A DNA stretch of 64,000 nt, taken from the human T2T-CHM13v2.0 reference genome, Homo sapiens. The notes under the pieces are model-generated. The model was not told where the DNA came from. It saw only the letters and a list, made by a program, of their open reading frames with translations, and searched no databases. A program made the position numbers and the translations under genes. This document shows, in pieces, positions 1 through 14,770 of this stretch. The stretch lies in NCBI RefSeq assembly GCF_009914755.1, contig NC_060937.1, one strand, 5' to 3'. Positions within the stretch are counted from its first letter, which is position 1, and every line of letters begins with the position of its first letter.

Positions 1-79
1 ACAACCAAATACAGATTTTATAAAAGTAGTATTAGAAATAAGCTAATATGCTGTCCCAAAATTTCAAAAGAAGAAAAGT

Positions 80-330
80 AAATAAATAAGCCAATAGAGA
101 AGATTAAACTGGAACCAAAAAAAAGAAAAAAGAAAAAAAAAAAAAAAAAAAAAACCTCAAGGCCAGAAACTGCAAATAAAGAGGAAAAAAAACGAGAACA
201 ATGGAAAAAATAGAAAACAGCTAGTAAGAAGGTAGAGGTAGAATTTAATCCAGTAACATCAATACATTAAATATAAATGATCTAACCACAACAGCTAAAG
301 CACAGAGATTTTATTATTAGAGTAAGATTT
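80..330 (+). mobile_element. Old L1M fragment (inter-ORF region and ORF2 start)
   Basis: aaatagaaaacagctagtaagaaggtaga...atttaatccagtaacatcaatacattaaatataaatgatctaac...agagatt resembles the L1M ORF2 endonuclease start. An A-rich tract lies inside it. Confidence 0.6.
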
Positions 331-585
331 AATGTGAATCGAGCAATTTTGACAATATTCACATGTAGTGGAATAAATTGGTACTGTTAAATGATTATCA
401 CTGATTTTTTTTCCTACATTGTAAATTTTAAACAGTGATGTTTATTAATGTATTTCTAAAACATAGCTTTGGCCATATTACATTGTGCCTTTGGTCATTG
501 ATAAACTATACAAAAATTACCTGAGATAAAAATTTCAATCATGGTTCTTCTTTTAACTGATTATTTTCAGATATGGTACTACTAA

Positions 586-943
<358 letters not shown>

Positions 944-2369
944 TCAGATTGATCATATTATTTGTGACTATTTGCATTCATGGAAGAACATAAATATAAT
1001 TGCAATTTCTCTCTATCTAGACTGATCAATAATGATCCTTTTTATTTGAAATTACAGCTAAAATTATGAAATAGTTCTGTTGAGCCTAGAACTATTTTTT
1101 TAAAACCTAATATTCAAGTCTGAGGGATAAACAGAGTATGTAATTGCCAGATTCAAGCACAATATCTTACTGCACATTAATTGTGCTCTAGAAATTTTAA
1201 ATTCAGTTTTTTAGAAAGAGAATTATGTAGTTAGACATTTCTTGCATTGATTTTTCCTTTTGTTATCTCTTGGTATTATTAGAATGTTTACCTTGAACAG
1301 ACACCTTGCCAAAAGTAACAAGGAGGTTGGAAACACCTTCCAGACTAAAGAAATTCTATTACTATGAGCATAACGTAATGAGAGGCAGAATTTTCAAACT
1401 TCAATCTTTGAAGACTTTGATTGAACTATTTGAAATGAGCACAATCTGCAGAACTAAAGGCTAAGAATGAATTTAATAATTTTGACGACTACTTTAAAAT
1501 GATAAAATCATTTTTAGGTCATTGGGACATTGTCCCTGTAAAGCTTTGCCAAGTGATTATTGCATTTTCATGGATAATGTGAAACACACATGAATTGACC
1601 AATACGTTCTGTTTTTTATTATTATATTGAGCACATTTCTTTTAGAGGCAAATGCTATGTTAGGTACAAATGATAAATGACAATGAATAGTGCACAGGTC
1701 CTTTTTATGTAAGAATTGTACATTGAAATAGACAAAAATATATGAATAAAACAGGGATGTAACTACAAGGAAGCATATAATAAGTGCCAAATGTACTTTA
1801 ATGAACAATGGGAGGAAATATTACACTTGCCTGAGATAATTTTACTCTGGAGAATTTTTATCCACCTTGTTCCATGAAATATAAATATCATCCAAAGAAA
1901 ACTAAATCTCTGGGAAAGTTATTAAGTGTCATTGTCATGATATACTTTTCTGGGTCCTACAATTACCTTCCTTTCTTTACCCTGGGCAATCAAATTAAAT
2001 CAGAATTGAAAGCACCAATTCACTTCTGTCATCCCATTCCATTGTGTTGGGCTGTTCCTATTGTGAATCAAAAGTCTGAGCAGCCTGTAAATGACAGAAA
2101 CTTAAATTATTTCAGTAGCTGAAAGTCCCAATTACTGAGGAAATAACTCTATACAGATAAGTAGAGTGAAGTAGGATGGTTAGTACAAATTGAAATATTC
2201 CCATCAAAGTACCATAGAACCAAGTATGTTACCATGCTGAATAAAAAAGACTAAGTAAAACCTAATAGTTTTCACCCTTTTACATTTACTTATTAGTTCA
2301 TTTATTTCCATTTCCATTTTATTTTTGAGAAGGAATTATGCTATTATCACTTGCAAAATTCTTATTAAG

Positions 2370-2880
2370 TCAATCATTTTCTAAGCCCCTACTAAGTGTG
2401 TCAAGTTCCACTGAGGATATGGGAACAAACAAGAAAAGTTTCTCCTGCCATCAAAACCTCAGAGACTAAAAGAAGAAACATATATAAAAATAATTACAAA
2501 ACAGTGTGAGATGAATAAAGGCAACAATAAGGTGTTAGGAAATTATGAAAGAAGACTGACTTGATGGCATTAGGATATAAAAGAAGGCATCTGAGAGGAT
2601 GATCTGATATGCAATGAACCAGTAGGAGATACTTAGGCATCTGGTTAGGGGAGCTCTTCCTAGACAGAAGGGCAGCCCTTCTCAAAGATCATATAAATAG
2701 AGTAGGGCAAATTCAAAAATCACAAGCAATCCAGTATAAATGCAGTGAAGACTGATGAAAGGAAATTGGCATGGGAAGGCAGGGGCCACATCATGAAGAC
2801 ATTTCCATGCCATAAAAAAAGTCTTGATTTAGCCTCTAAGGTACTGAAAACTGCCGATGAATTTTACAACAGGGGATGGG
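2370..2880 (-). mobile_element. L2 3' fragment
   Basis: Degenerate L2 tail (ctaagcccctactaagtgtg...) followed by purine-rich L2-like body. Confidence 0.5.
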
Positions 2881-3189
2881 GTGCTCAAGGCCACCAAATG
2901 AGTCATGCACTTTGGTCACAGATGAGTTTGCCCGGCAGTGGAACGTCATTCTGCTCATCAATCTATATGGTCACCTGGGCCAGATTCTGCCTGCGGGAAA
3001 GAACATCTATTTTGTTATCTGTCTGCAAAGGGAATGCCTTGAAATAAGCTTAGAAATTAGCAAATTTGACCTTAACAGCTCTATGAAGAAAGAATTTTCT
3101 CTATTTTGAAATGGAAACAACTGAAGCTCAGTGGGGCCAGCCCTCTTGAACGGCTAAGAAAACGGGCCCCAGGTTGGAAATTTATACGC

Positions 3190-3385
3190 ATCTTTGCTGA
3201 CTATCAGATCTCTGAGAAATTCATTCACAGCTCTGCATCTCGATTTTACCATGTGTCAAACAGAGACGATAATACTACCTATCACAAAAGGTTGTCATAA
3301 CCATTAATTTATTATTAATGAATAATTTCATTAATACAAATGATTATGACAGTTACTGACACATCTTAATTACTCAGTAAGTATT
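3190..3385 (+). mobile_element. MIR fragment
   Basis: ctctgcatctcgattttaccatgtgtcaaacagagacgataatactacctatcacaaaaggttgt matches the MIR core. Confidence 0.55.
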
Positions 3386-3388
3386 AAT

Positions 3389-3550
3389 GGCTGGGTGCAG
3401 TGGCTCACGCCTGTAATCCCAGCATTTTGGGAGGCTGAGGCAGGAGGATCACTTGAGCCCAGGAGGTAGAGGCTGCAATGGGCCTAGATTGTACCACTCT
3501 ACTCCAGCCTGGGTAACAGAGTGAGACCCTGCCTCAGAAAAATAAATAAA
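3389..3550 (+). mobile_element. Monomeric Alu (left-arm 5' part joined to right-arm 3' part; AluJ/FRAM-like)
   Basis: ggctgggtgcagtggctcacgcctgtaatcccagcatttt...gaggctgcaatg...gagaccctgcctc plus A tail. TSD taagtattaa at 3378-3387 and 3551-3560. Confidence 0.9.
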
Positions 3551-4016
3551 TAAGTATTAACAATTTATATTTCACCAAATCTGCTAAGTAATGAGAAGTA
3601 GATTAAGAAGCCCAACCTTGACTCCCGGCTAAGTAAGTTTGTCTATTTCTTTATATATGTCATTGATATTTACATTTTATAATGAGATATAATAATTTTA
3701 AAGCACAATTTGATTAGAGTACAAATTCTCCCTGTGACCATCAACAGTGGAAGGCTGGGAGAGCAGAGGAGTGAGGGGGGACCAGTGGTTACATTACCTG
3801 GACAAGCCATGTTTACTATGATATGAGTGTTTGCAGTGACTGTATAACATTTACTTTCACCCACTTCGTTGACTGAACAATTTGAATATGATCTGGATAT
3901 GCCCTGTTCTTCCTTCATTGAGATGTTCCAAGTTTGCTATAGGAAAAAAAATCAAATGCAATTAGAACACGACAGCAAAATTTATCCTCTGTAATTCAAA
4001 ACTTAAAAGAGAAAGA

Positions 4017-4316
4017 TGGTTCACGACTGTAATCCTAGCACTTTGTGGGTCCGAGGTGAATGGATCCCTTGAGGCCAAGAGTTCAAGTCCAGTCTGGCCA
4101 ACATAGTGAAACCTCACCTCTAATGAAAATCAAAAAAATAAATTAGCCCTGCGTGGTGACATGCCTGTAATCCCAGCTACTCAGGAGGCTGAGACATGAG
4201 AATCACTTGAACCCGGGAGGCAGAGGTTGCAGCGAGCCAAGATCCCTAGATCATGCCACTGTACTGTAGCCTGGGTGACAGAATGAGACTGTGTCTCAAA
4301 AAATAAAAAATAAAAA
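4017..4316 (+). mobile_element. AluS (Sx/Sz-like), slightly 5'-truncated
   Basis: Dimeric Alu with middle A-rich linker and A tail. Confidence 0.9.
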
Positions 4317-5130
4317 CAGGAGGAAGAATGAGCAGAATTGACCACTGGGGCCTGGTGCTTCCAGTCACTGTTGGGAGGCATTATCTTCTCACACTGATTC
4401 TTCTTTTGACTGTCTCATTTTATTTTCTAATACTGTTTTCTTTTAGGAGATGGCTTTATTACTTGTTTATTTATTTATTTGATTATTTTATTTTTGCTTT
4501 GTGTCGTTTTGGTTTTCATAACAATACCAAGGATACAACATTTCGGTTGAGAAAAACCAGCCCTTCACCTTCACCTTTGGGCCACAGCTTCTCTTACCTT
4601 GGGTCCTGAACTCATTCATCTTCTCAGGAAACTTCCACTCACTTTGTGGTGAAAGCTATCTGACTGGTAAATCATATATTATGTTTTTAGATTTAAAAAT
4701 GTTTTGTTATATTCATTATAAAAGTATTAACTGTGAAAGCCAAAGTTTCAAATCTACTTCTGGTTTATACAGAAAAAAAAAATGTAAGGCCCAATAAGAA
4801 ATTTGACTTTACTATTGACAAAGTTGCAACAGATCATCATTTTCTACTCAGAATATCCCACCTAATTGATTTCACTTGCTGGATAGTTCCAAGGTTCAGG
4901 GAATACTGAATACCCAAGATAGACTATTTCTGTTTCTACATTACATTAAGAGAATGTTCTCAGATACAGTGCTTAAGGTACAAAAACATAAAACTATCCC
5001 ATCTGCGTTTAAATGCTCAGCAGTTACTCTTTTGTAAAGCCTCAAGAGTATAAAAAAAATTAGATGGAATTCAGAATAGAGCCATCTAGGAAGATGATGG
5101 TAGTCACTCTGTTCAGACATGATATTCCAC

Positions 5131-5784
5131 CATAGCTGCCCAAGGCCTGAGGAACCCCTTGCCCCAGTGTTCCCTGGATGTCAGACATGGAGTCAAAAGA
5201 GATTATTTTGGAGCTTTAAGATTTAATAAGTGCCCTGTTGGGTTTTGGACTTTCATGGGGCTTATAGCCCCTTTTCTTTGGCAGATTTCTTTCTTTTGTG
5301 ATGGAAGTATTTACCCAATGCCTGTACCTCTATTGTATCTTGGAAGTAACTTACTTGCTTTTGATTTTACATGCTCATAGGTGGAAGGGATTTGCCTTGT
5401 CTCAGATGAGACTTTGGACTGTGGACTTTTGAGTTAATGCTAAAGTAAGTTAAGACTTTGAGGGACTGTTGAGAAGGGATGATTGTACTTTGCAATGTGA
5501 AAAGAACATGAGATTTAGGAGGGGCCAAGAACAGAATGATATGGTTTGAATCTGCGTCCCATCCTAAATCTCATGTTGAATTGTAATCATCCCCAGTGTT
5601 GGAGGTGGGGCCTGGTGGGAGATGATTGGATAATGGGAGCAGATTTTCCGCTTTGGTGCTGTTCCTCCGAGAGAGTTCTCATGAGATTTGCTTGTTTAAA
5701 CGTGTGTGGTATCTCCCCCCTTTCTTCCTCTTGCTGTGCACATGTGAAGATGTGCCTGCTTCCCTTTCCCTTCCACCGTGACAG
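5131..5784 (+). mobile_element. MSTA-int 3' end (to 5536) plus 3'-truncated MSTA LTR (5537-5784), MaLR
   Basis: Internal motif agacatggagtcaaaagagattattttggagcttt, then a purine tract, then the LTR start tgatatggtttgaatctgcgtccc...ggaggtggggcctggtggga. Confidence 0.85.
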
Positions 5785-8700
5785 TTCCACATGTTGTACA
5801 GGAAGCATAGCTGAGGTCTCCCCAGCAAGAACAGACTAACGCAACAACACAACCACACAGAAACCTAATATATGACAAAAAATGTGGAAGATGAATTGTA
5901 AATGAATTCTCATTCTAAGATGGGCTCATTATTTTAATTATGAGGAAACTTTTCATACTGATAAGCCAACAGAAAAGATCAGAAAGCTTTAGAAGTGGTA
6001 TAGATAGGAAAGCCTACCCCCCCTTATTCAGTATAAGGTGAAAATAAAATTATGGAAACTATGATCAAACTCCCTAAGCAGTATAAAACAGGGAAAAATA
6101 TCTAGGCCTATGTAATTTTAGTGAAGGGACCATATTCTGGTCATGTGAAAATATTTATTGCCTTGTGAAATTGCCACAATGTTCCACATCACAGGCCTTT
6201 GTACAAATTGTACCTTCTGCTTAGAATAGAGCCTTTCATATCTGCCTGATAAAAAACTACTTATCTTATGAGAAGAATGCCAAGGGCTACAGCCTCTAGA
6301 AAAACAAGCTCCTCTTTTCTAGGAGGATCATATAATGAGCACATTGACAATTACAAATATTTATCAGTGAAAAAACTCATAAAGTAAAAATTAACCAATT
6401 CCAAAGGGAATGGAGTTAGTTTAAAATGTGAAACATGTTATTTTTGACAATATCTAAGTAAAGTATATTTTACAACAAAAGTTGTAAACACATGAAACAC
6501 TGAAGATTTATAGGAGTCAAAAATGTAGACACTCCAGAGAAACTTACATAGCTATGGGAGCTGAAACAATTCTAGAGAAGATGGTATAGATATTTATGCT
6601 ATACATGTAATATTTGTGATTTAGTTGATACATGAGAATACTACAGCCTTTTTAAAAAAATTTTGCAGTGGCAAAAGTTATCTGGTAGATGTTTTCTTTC
6701 TCTTTTCTTTAGATGTGATATAATATTCTCGTTGTTGTCATCCTATAATTTCTTAAATTTTATTCATAAATACAAAACAATGTATATCATTAACAAAGTT
6801 TGTATGTGTTACAATATTTTTCTTCATAATTATAGCTAGTAATTGAACAATTCACAATATATGAAATATAAGTAGGTTTTGTTCTTTCAATACTTTTATT
6901 CTTTATTTCCACTAATAATATCTTAAAAACCTAAAACATTAACAAATGCCATAATAACTTGAGCACTCTTAAGTAAGGAAAGCTGTCTTTCTCCATAACT
7001 GTGTTTTTTCTGAGATTAATGGCATGAGAAGCACATCGGATGAGTTTCTGAACCATAATACATATGCTATACTCATGACAGGTGTAATGTGAACTATTAA
7101 TCTGACTATATGGAATTTCTCTCCAATTACCAATCAGGATTAATGTCAGCAAGTGCCAAGGACATTCTAACCTTCCAGGGCCACTGATGTGTTATATAAT
7201 TTGTAACTCCATCTTTAATATGTTCCCAACAGCACCTAGAATGATATTAGCTAACATCAATATTTCAAAAATTGTGTTATTATATTGCTGACCTGGTTCT
7301 TTCTATCAAGATTAAGACCTGGTGGTACAATTTCTAAAAATAAACACAGTTTAATTTAACTTTTAAATTATCCTTTCCGTGATATATTTTAGTTCATAAT
7401 TCCTGAAAAATCAAATTTCCTGATCACTATTGAAACAACTTTAGAAGATATTCAGCATGATTCTCCTCTTCTGTCTCTCTGCAGTATGTTGGAAAATGCC
7501 TTCAAAGTGGTTTGCATGAGAGAGAGTGTATATTGTTATCTTGATGTTAATTTCCTGCTAAATCATAGCTTATGAGCTCAGAACCACAGGACATACCAAG
7601 AAAAGTTGTGAGTAAGGAAAGAGAGACTAGAGATGCTTTGGAGACAGAGCACCAAGAAGACACAGATTCCCAGTGTTCTGCTCAGGCATTGACCCAGTCA
7701 CCTTGGGAGACTCGCTGATGCACCCATAGTTTTGTCGTTCTACATTTTAGTGCGTATCAGATAACATGTCAGAAGTTGCACACGCATATACATAAAATCT
7801 ATTTAATCTTCACAATAGCATAACCTGCGTTGATAAAATGAGGAGGGTAAAATAGCACAGGACCAGCACTTGAAGACCTCTGGGTCACATCCCAGACTAT
7901 CTGACCGTAATGTCTCCCTACTCCTCATACCCTGCATACATTTCTTTCATTGCATTTAATGCTGAGGCTAGACTGAAGTCAAATGTTAAAATGAAAATTG
8001 CTAGAACTAAAAATTATCAATGAATGCTCCTCAAACCATTTTGTAATTTTTGGGACCTGGGAACTTGACTCCTAAATTGGCAAGAATAACTATTTTTTGT
8101 CAGTTTTTCTTTTCCATAGACTATGGGGCTAAAAACAGATGAACTGGAAAAGGACAAAAGGCAAATTCATGCCTTCTCTTCTCCAGCACATTCTCTTTTA
8201 TCCTTCTACACATTAGCCAATTCTCTTCCCCTCAGTCACAGGGTTCATTTATATCCACTTGATATCCATGCATTGAGCCACGGCTAAGAGGTAGAAGGAA
8301 AAAGCCTAGCACCTCATTGTTGGTATAATTACTTTGTGAACATACACGTGGCAGATATGTACAGCTGTTAGGCTCTTGATTCATAAATTGTGCTTGACAT
8401 TTACACTGTTTATTCCATTGTTAATGACAAAATCAGAACACTTTTTGTTGCTTGTTTTTTATTCTGAAAATATTTCTTTAATCAAATTCCATAATTTTTA
8501 TTTAAGCAACAAAAAGCAGAAACATGATTAATTCATTGTTAATCCAGCTTGCTTTAAAATTAAGTAAAAAAGATAATAACTGCCAAACAAAAATTATTTT
8601 TTCCCACAACCCCAATGTATAGTTCAGAAGCACATATACTAATAATAGTAAATTTTTGGTGATAGCAAACTATAATTCTTGGGAAAAGTTTTCAATAATG

Positions 8701-9054
8701 TGTTTTCTACAGTCAACTTTGTACCAAAATATCATAACTTAGGCAAATCTCAAAATCCATTAATTATACCACCAAAAATCATTGATAGTTAATAAGAATC
8801 ACTGGGAAAATCTTTTTTAAACATACACTTTCAGTCATAAAAACAAATATACAAAGAATTATTTTTTGAAAGATTATTGTAAAATGTGCTGGGATAATGC
8901 TTGCTTAGCTTTTTTTAAATGTACCATTTTTCTCTAGCAGCTCTTTATCATATTTTTAAAATGATTTTTTCTCTAGATATTTGTGGTGATAAATGTGACC
9001 TCTTCTTTTAATTTGTCTTCACAAAATATGAAACATTTCCAAATAGAAAATAGT

Positions 9055-9572
9055 TTTTGACTATCTGTTCCTGCGTAACAAAGTACCCCCAAATTTACTG
9101 GCTTAAATAAAAGCAATTTGTTCATGACTCTGAGACTAGGAACTCAGGTTAGGCGGCACAGTTCTGCTTCTCCAAGTGGGGTTCACTGGGATCGTTTACT
9201 TAGCTGCATTTAGCTGGTGGTTGGTCAGAATGGGAAATTTTTAAAATGATCTGGGTCCATGTCTGGAAGGGGCTGCTGGCTGCCGGCTGGGAGTTCACCT
9301 GGGACTTTCAACGGTGGCTGTGCTTCTACTCCACATGGCCTTGTGGACTTCTCGCAGCATTGAAAGTGCCTTCCAAAGAAATGGCAGCCCACATACATGG
9401 AAAGCAGAAGCTTCTCATCTCCTAAAGCCAACCTGAGAAGTGACATAACTTTTCTTTTGTCACAAATTATTGTAGACTCCACATCTTGATAGAAAGCTTC
9501 AAGATGACCAGGCAAAAAGGCCTTTAAGATAGAAAGTATTGCTCTGGCCATGTTTAGAAATACAATCTGCCA
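9055..9572 (-). mobile_element. MLT1 (H/G-like) LTR
   Basis: Ends in ggccatgtttagaaatacaatctgcca, the reverse complement of the MLT1 start. Begins with ctgcgtaacaaagtacccccaaatttactggcttaaa. Confidence 0.7.
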
Positions 9573-9579
9573 ATAAATC

Positions 9580-9874
<295 letters not shown>

Positions 9875-10049
9875 CCCCCTTTTTTTCCCCCCCAAATAAC
9901 TCATGGCTTAAATGTTTTTTAAACATGACAAAAATATATATTTTGCAGAGTTTATTTCATGATATGAAAGCTTGTACTTCAAGAAGTTCTAGAAAGATTA
10001 GTTGCATGAGATAATCTGATCTCTAAAATTCTGCCTTTTTAATATTTTA

Positions 10050-10300
10050 TCAAGGGATCCAAGAACAGTTACTGCAATATTCGTACCACAATCAACTTTG
10101 CAATTTGAAAAGACACCAGCTTGTTGGAGGAGAATGAATTGCGAGCGGAGAGAGTCAGAGAGGAGATAAGACTCAGTTTGAGGAAGGCCTATTGAGACAT
10201 TTGGTTCATGTGACAATCTGGTGTTTTGTACTGTGGTCATTTCCACGGAGATGGAGATAAATGAGCGTATTTTGGACAGTTTATTTAACAGCATACTAAC
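10050..10300 (-). mobile_element. L2 fragment
   Basis: ggagaatgaattg...gagactcagtttgaggaaggcctattg...ggagatggagataaatg matches the L2 body. Confidence 0.5.
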
Positions 10301-11021
10301 TTTTCATATTTTGAGGTTTCTAAAGTTGAACGCATCTTCTAATTGATGACATGTCAGTTTGATACATTGTTTTTCTCTGTTAAAAACATATGCTATGATA
10401 CATGGCATCTGAGATGCAAAGAAATATGGTACTTTTGGTGGCACAGAGTGCATATAGCACATAGTAGATAATACCTATTGAACTGAATGACAGCCAAGTC
10501 AGATGAGTGTATTTTCTCCAATTATAATGTGTTTTGAATATTATATACAGAGACAATTCAAACATGTTTCATGATTGGTATGCCTGATTTTTAAATTGAC
10601 CTAAAGAAACATTTCAAGGATTTGACTGCAATGAATCAGAAATGATCATACAGAGCTGGCATAAGGCCTTAGCATTGTTTACCTTTCAACTTGAGTCTTT
10701 TTGGTCCTAGTGTGAATAAATGCTTTTTGTGTCCTTTGCTATTAAATCATGTCCTAGGTGGGGTGGATAATGTTCCCCATGCATTAACACCCTTCTCCAG
10801 GTACATTTTAAGCAGCAGCCCACAAATAAGAACAAAGCCTACAAGGTGAAACGAGACAGGGAGGCATCACGGAACATCATTTAGGTCTTGCCCATTTTTA
10901 CTCCCAGCCTTGCTAATTGCCACCTTTTCACTTGTCACTAACTTTGCAGACATCAAGCCTCCTTTCCAATAGTCTGTCTGAAAAATATTTAACATAAAAA
11001 AAAATTTAAGACTAAACTCCA

Positions 11022-11175
11022 TTTTTTCTTTTTTTGTTGTTTTGTTTTGTATTTTTAGTAGAGATGAGGTTTCACCATGTCGGCCAGGCTGGTCTCGAAC
11101 TCCTAACCTCAAGTGATCACCCACCTTGGCCTCCGAAAGTGCTAGGCTTACAGGTGTGAGCCACTACACCAGGCC
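11022..11175 (-). mobile_element. Alu left arm only (AluS-like or FLAM-like)
   Basis: gtatttttagtagagatgaggtttcaccatgt...ccactacaccaggcc with a T-rich tail. Imperfect TSD taag(a/g)ctaaa. Confidence 0.9.
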
Positions 11176-14100
11176 TAAGGCTAAATTATCTTAATCAAAG
11201 GTTAAAAGACTTAGTTTTTCCAATGTGCAGCCTCATTATATACTGATGAATAAGAGTAAAAACATATACTATATAGAACTTTAACGAATTAAAATTAACA
11301 AGTTACAACAGGGGCCTCGCTGAAAGAAAACCTCAAATGCTATATATCATACTTGCATTCTCATCATATTGATTTTCTCTTGGGATAATTTAATGATTTT
11401 GAAATCATGAACAAAACAGCACAAGATGTAGTACCTTATTATTTCAATAATTATATTTCATTTCCAGAAGCTCTCTTAGATGGAAAACACAGCTTATGGT
11501 CAGGTGACTGCAGCCACTATGATAGTGGATCACAAAAGTTAAGTGATTACTCATTCAAGATTTATAAAGAGTTACTTCTGGAAGCCACTTCAGCTACCTG
11601 GTATTTGGAGGTTTTATGCTGCTAATTAAAGCTAATTAAATGCTAGATATGCTCTTCTGGTGACTGGAGAGGGCTCGATGCTGGAGTGAGTTTTAACTGA
11701 CTTAACCGCACAGCATTGTATGCGTGAACACAATAGGCCTTATTAGGTTTGATTTCAATGCAATGATGTTCTCAAAGTATAGATAAAATTACTGAGCCTA
11801 CATTAGAAAGACTTACATTTACTTTTTTTGATCCTCTCAGGAGTGGGGATGGTTTTCCCCTCATACTCACTCTGTCATTTTGATGGTCCATGGCATTTGG
11901 CGTCATAGCTAGTTGGCATTAGAGAGCAGTCTGAATCCACGAAACAACAGAAAGCTAACAGGTCCATGCAGGAGTTGACTTGTGATCTTGGCCTTGTTAG
12001 CCCATTGGCCTAAGTATGTCCTTGCCATCAAATCACTGCTATTCACTCGCCTAGTTGCAATGACACTGGTAAGTAAAAGGGTAAAGGCCTTGGGAGTTGG
12101 AATTATGACTTTCTTTTCTTGAAGTGTTTCCCCCTGAAATTACAGTACAACACTGACAAGTTGTTTGATCTATCATGCTAACCCACAAGGATAATAAGTC
12201 TTCTCCTCAGCCCTGTGGATTTACTCATGGGGTGGTTAGGTCTGTCACCATACCAAAAGCTTTGCAGAATCTCATTTCACCACATCTTCATACAGTCTGG
12301 CATTTCTAGTACTTTCACTGCCCACGGTTAATAGAGAAAATTTATTATAGAATTTTATTAGCATCTACATCTATAGTTTCTTGCTCATCATAAGCCATTT
12401 GAATACATAGTATTTATACATTTTGCTACATCATTTTATTAGTTTAGATTTTTAACATAAAAATAAAATAAAACTTCCACAGTAAAATATTTAAGAAGTT
12501 AAATATAGCCTGGTAGTGTGATGTGTCATCATACAAAATGCTAGATATTATTATCATAGAGAAGTGATGTCTGATTTAATCTAGCATTACTTGATTTGAG
12601 TCCCCCAAAAATCTAGCCCTAGATTAATTTTGGAAATATAGATTAATGAAAGCTAGTGTTTTAGGCTTGGTTTTCAAATGTAAGACAGAATGATACAAAA
12701 ATGATTTCCTTGAATTCCTTAAAGGCATACCTCAGAATGTAATTTAATATAGAAAACTGAAGGTTATTTGTTAAAGTATGTTTATTTGCTTTATACTTAA
12801 TATGCATAAATATTACTTTTTATGAACCAAATCTAATTTGGAACTTAGAGGTTTTCAGATTTGAAAATAGTGCCCTATTATTATTATTTATCCTGCATAA
12901 ACAATATGATCCTTTGACATTTGTGTACTAGTAATTTTCAAAATTAGTCTTTCTTACTAATGAAAAGTAGCTCACATGTAAGTGGGAATGAAATAGTTAA
13001 ATAAAAAAACAGCATTCACTACATCCAAGGGGAAAATGTGATGGTGCAATACAGAAATTAAATAATAAGATGATTATCTAAAAAGTGGCAGAAGGTTTTT
13101 GAGGTGAAATTTAACAAGAAATTATATAATAGCCAAAAATGCCACAGCAGCTAAGGGGGGAAATTCATTTCTAGGTATTCACAAGAAACTGCAGGATGGA
13201 TTTTTACAATAAGCACTCTAAGTTTCAACTTTTGATCTGCGTGGTGATAGCTAGTGAGAATAAAAATAACCAGCTAATGAAGATTCTGCACTTTGAATTA
13301 CAGACACTGATTCTGCAGATAGTTGGCAATTTCTTCAAATATGCAATTAATATGTCAAAGCTGATCCATATCATGATGAAAATGCTGACCAGTTCAGAAG
13401 AGCTTCTGTGTAATATGTTGACGATAACTTTTCATCAACTATAAAGCTGATAGAATGAGATTTGAAAAACACAATTTGAGGATCACCAATAACATTATAT
13501 TGCCAGTGAGCCTACCACTGACAAAACTCTATTTCCTTCTCCAGGATCAAAAATACAGATTGTAAAACTAGAATTGGAGCGGCTGTATTCTAACACATTC
13601 CCACAGATGACAGATACCTTCCTACATCTCACGCCATTAGCCAGTCCCCCAATTTCCATATGTATCTCCTAGCTGTACATTGCAACTCTCAGAACGTTGA
13701 ATAAGGAAGGAGAACTAAGGGGCTATATTTTATCCAGGAAAGTTAATGTTTTATAGTAAGTCTGTTAGCAGATATAGAGAAAAAAAAAACCTGAAATCGT
13801 AAATATTAGGACTTTAATTTGTTTGTTTCTGGTAAGATTGCTTAGGAATTAGAAGCAGCTTCCAACTCATGCAGCCATGGGAAATGCCTTGCTAAACACT
13901 GGTAATTGACTGAAGGGATACTGATATTGCCCTGTGGTCCAGCTCTAGACGCCAAAAGGAGAGAAAGGCTCAGAATTGTAAGCAAACCCATATACTAGGT
14001 TGGCAAACAAAAGATCTGAACAGATATTCATTTTCGAGAGTGGCAATGAAAACTTATATAGTCTATAATAAAAAAAATGAGAGGACCAATAGATAATGCT

Positions 14101-14394
14101 GAAAACTCAAGGAAGAAGAGACGCTTTTTTTTTTTTTTTTAAAAAAAGGTACGTATTATAAGATCCAGAGGTTTGAAAGACATGTTTTAAAAATTGGCAT
14201 GCCCTATGAACTATTAAGAAGTAGGCATCTAAAGAGCACAAAGTAGAAACACACCAGCAAAAAAAAAAAATATCTGGAGGGCCAGAAACTAAGAACTATA
14301 GATGTTTTCGAAGGAAATAAAATGTGTTAAGGAAGCAACTTAAAATTGCATTTAAAAGACAGAAATACATAGTATTAAATCAAAGACGAATTCC

Positions 14395-14770
14395 TGGATG
14401 TTCACTTCTGCCCCAAAATCAGTAATTTACATGAGAATGGCTTTCTTACTGATAAAAATCTAGAAAACTAGATACATGTAAAAAACAACATTTTTTACAT
14501 ATCAGACAAACAGAAGCACAGGGTTGTAAACTTTAAGGGAAAAAACATAAATGGATGAATGGATGTCTCTATTTTTTGCCAGGAGGCAAAATCCAGACTG
14601 CACTGAAAGGAGGGTAAACCCACTTTGAGCTAAGCAGGCTGTCTGGGTTCATGAGACAGAGAGGCGCGCACAGAGGCCAAAGCATTTCAAATTCGCAAAT
14701 AATGTACTGAAAAGAAGGGGCTTTGCAGAGAAAAATCTCCATTAATCTGCATAGCATTGTCTTATGTCCC
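14395..14770 (+). mobile_element. Old L1 (L1MC/L1MD-type) 5' region
   Basis: cacttctg...aaaactagatac...ccagactgcactgaaaggagggtaaaccc...gcagagaaaaatctcc...atctgca resembles L1M 5' ends. Confidence 0.55.
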
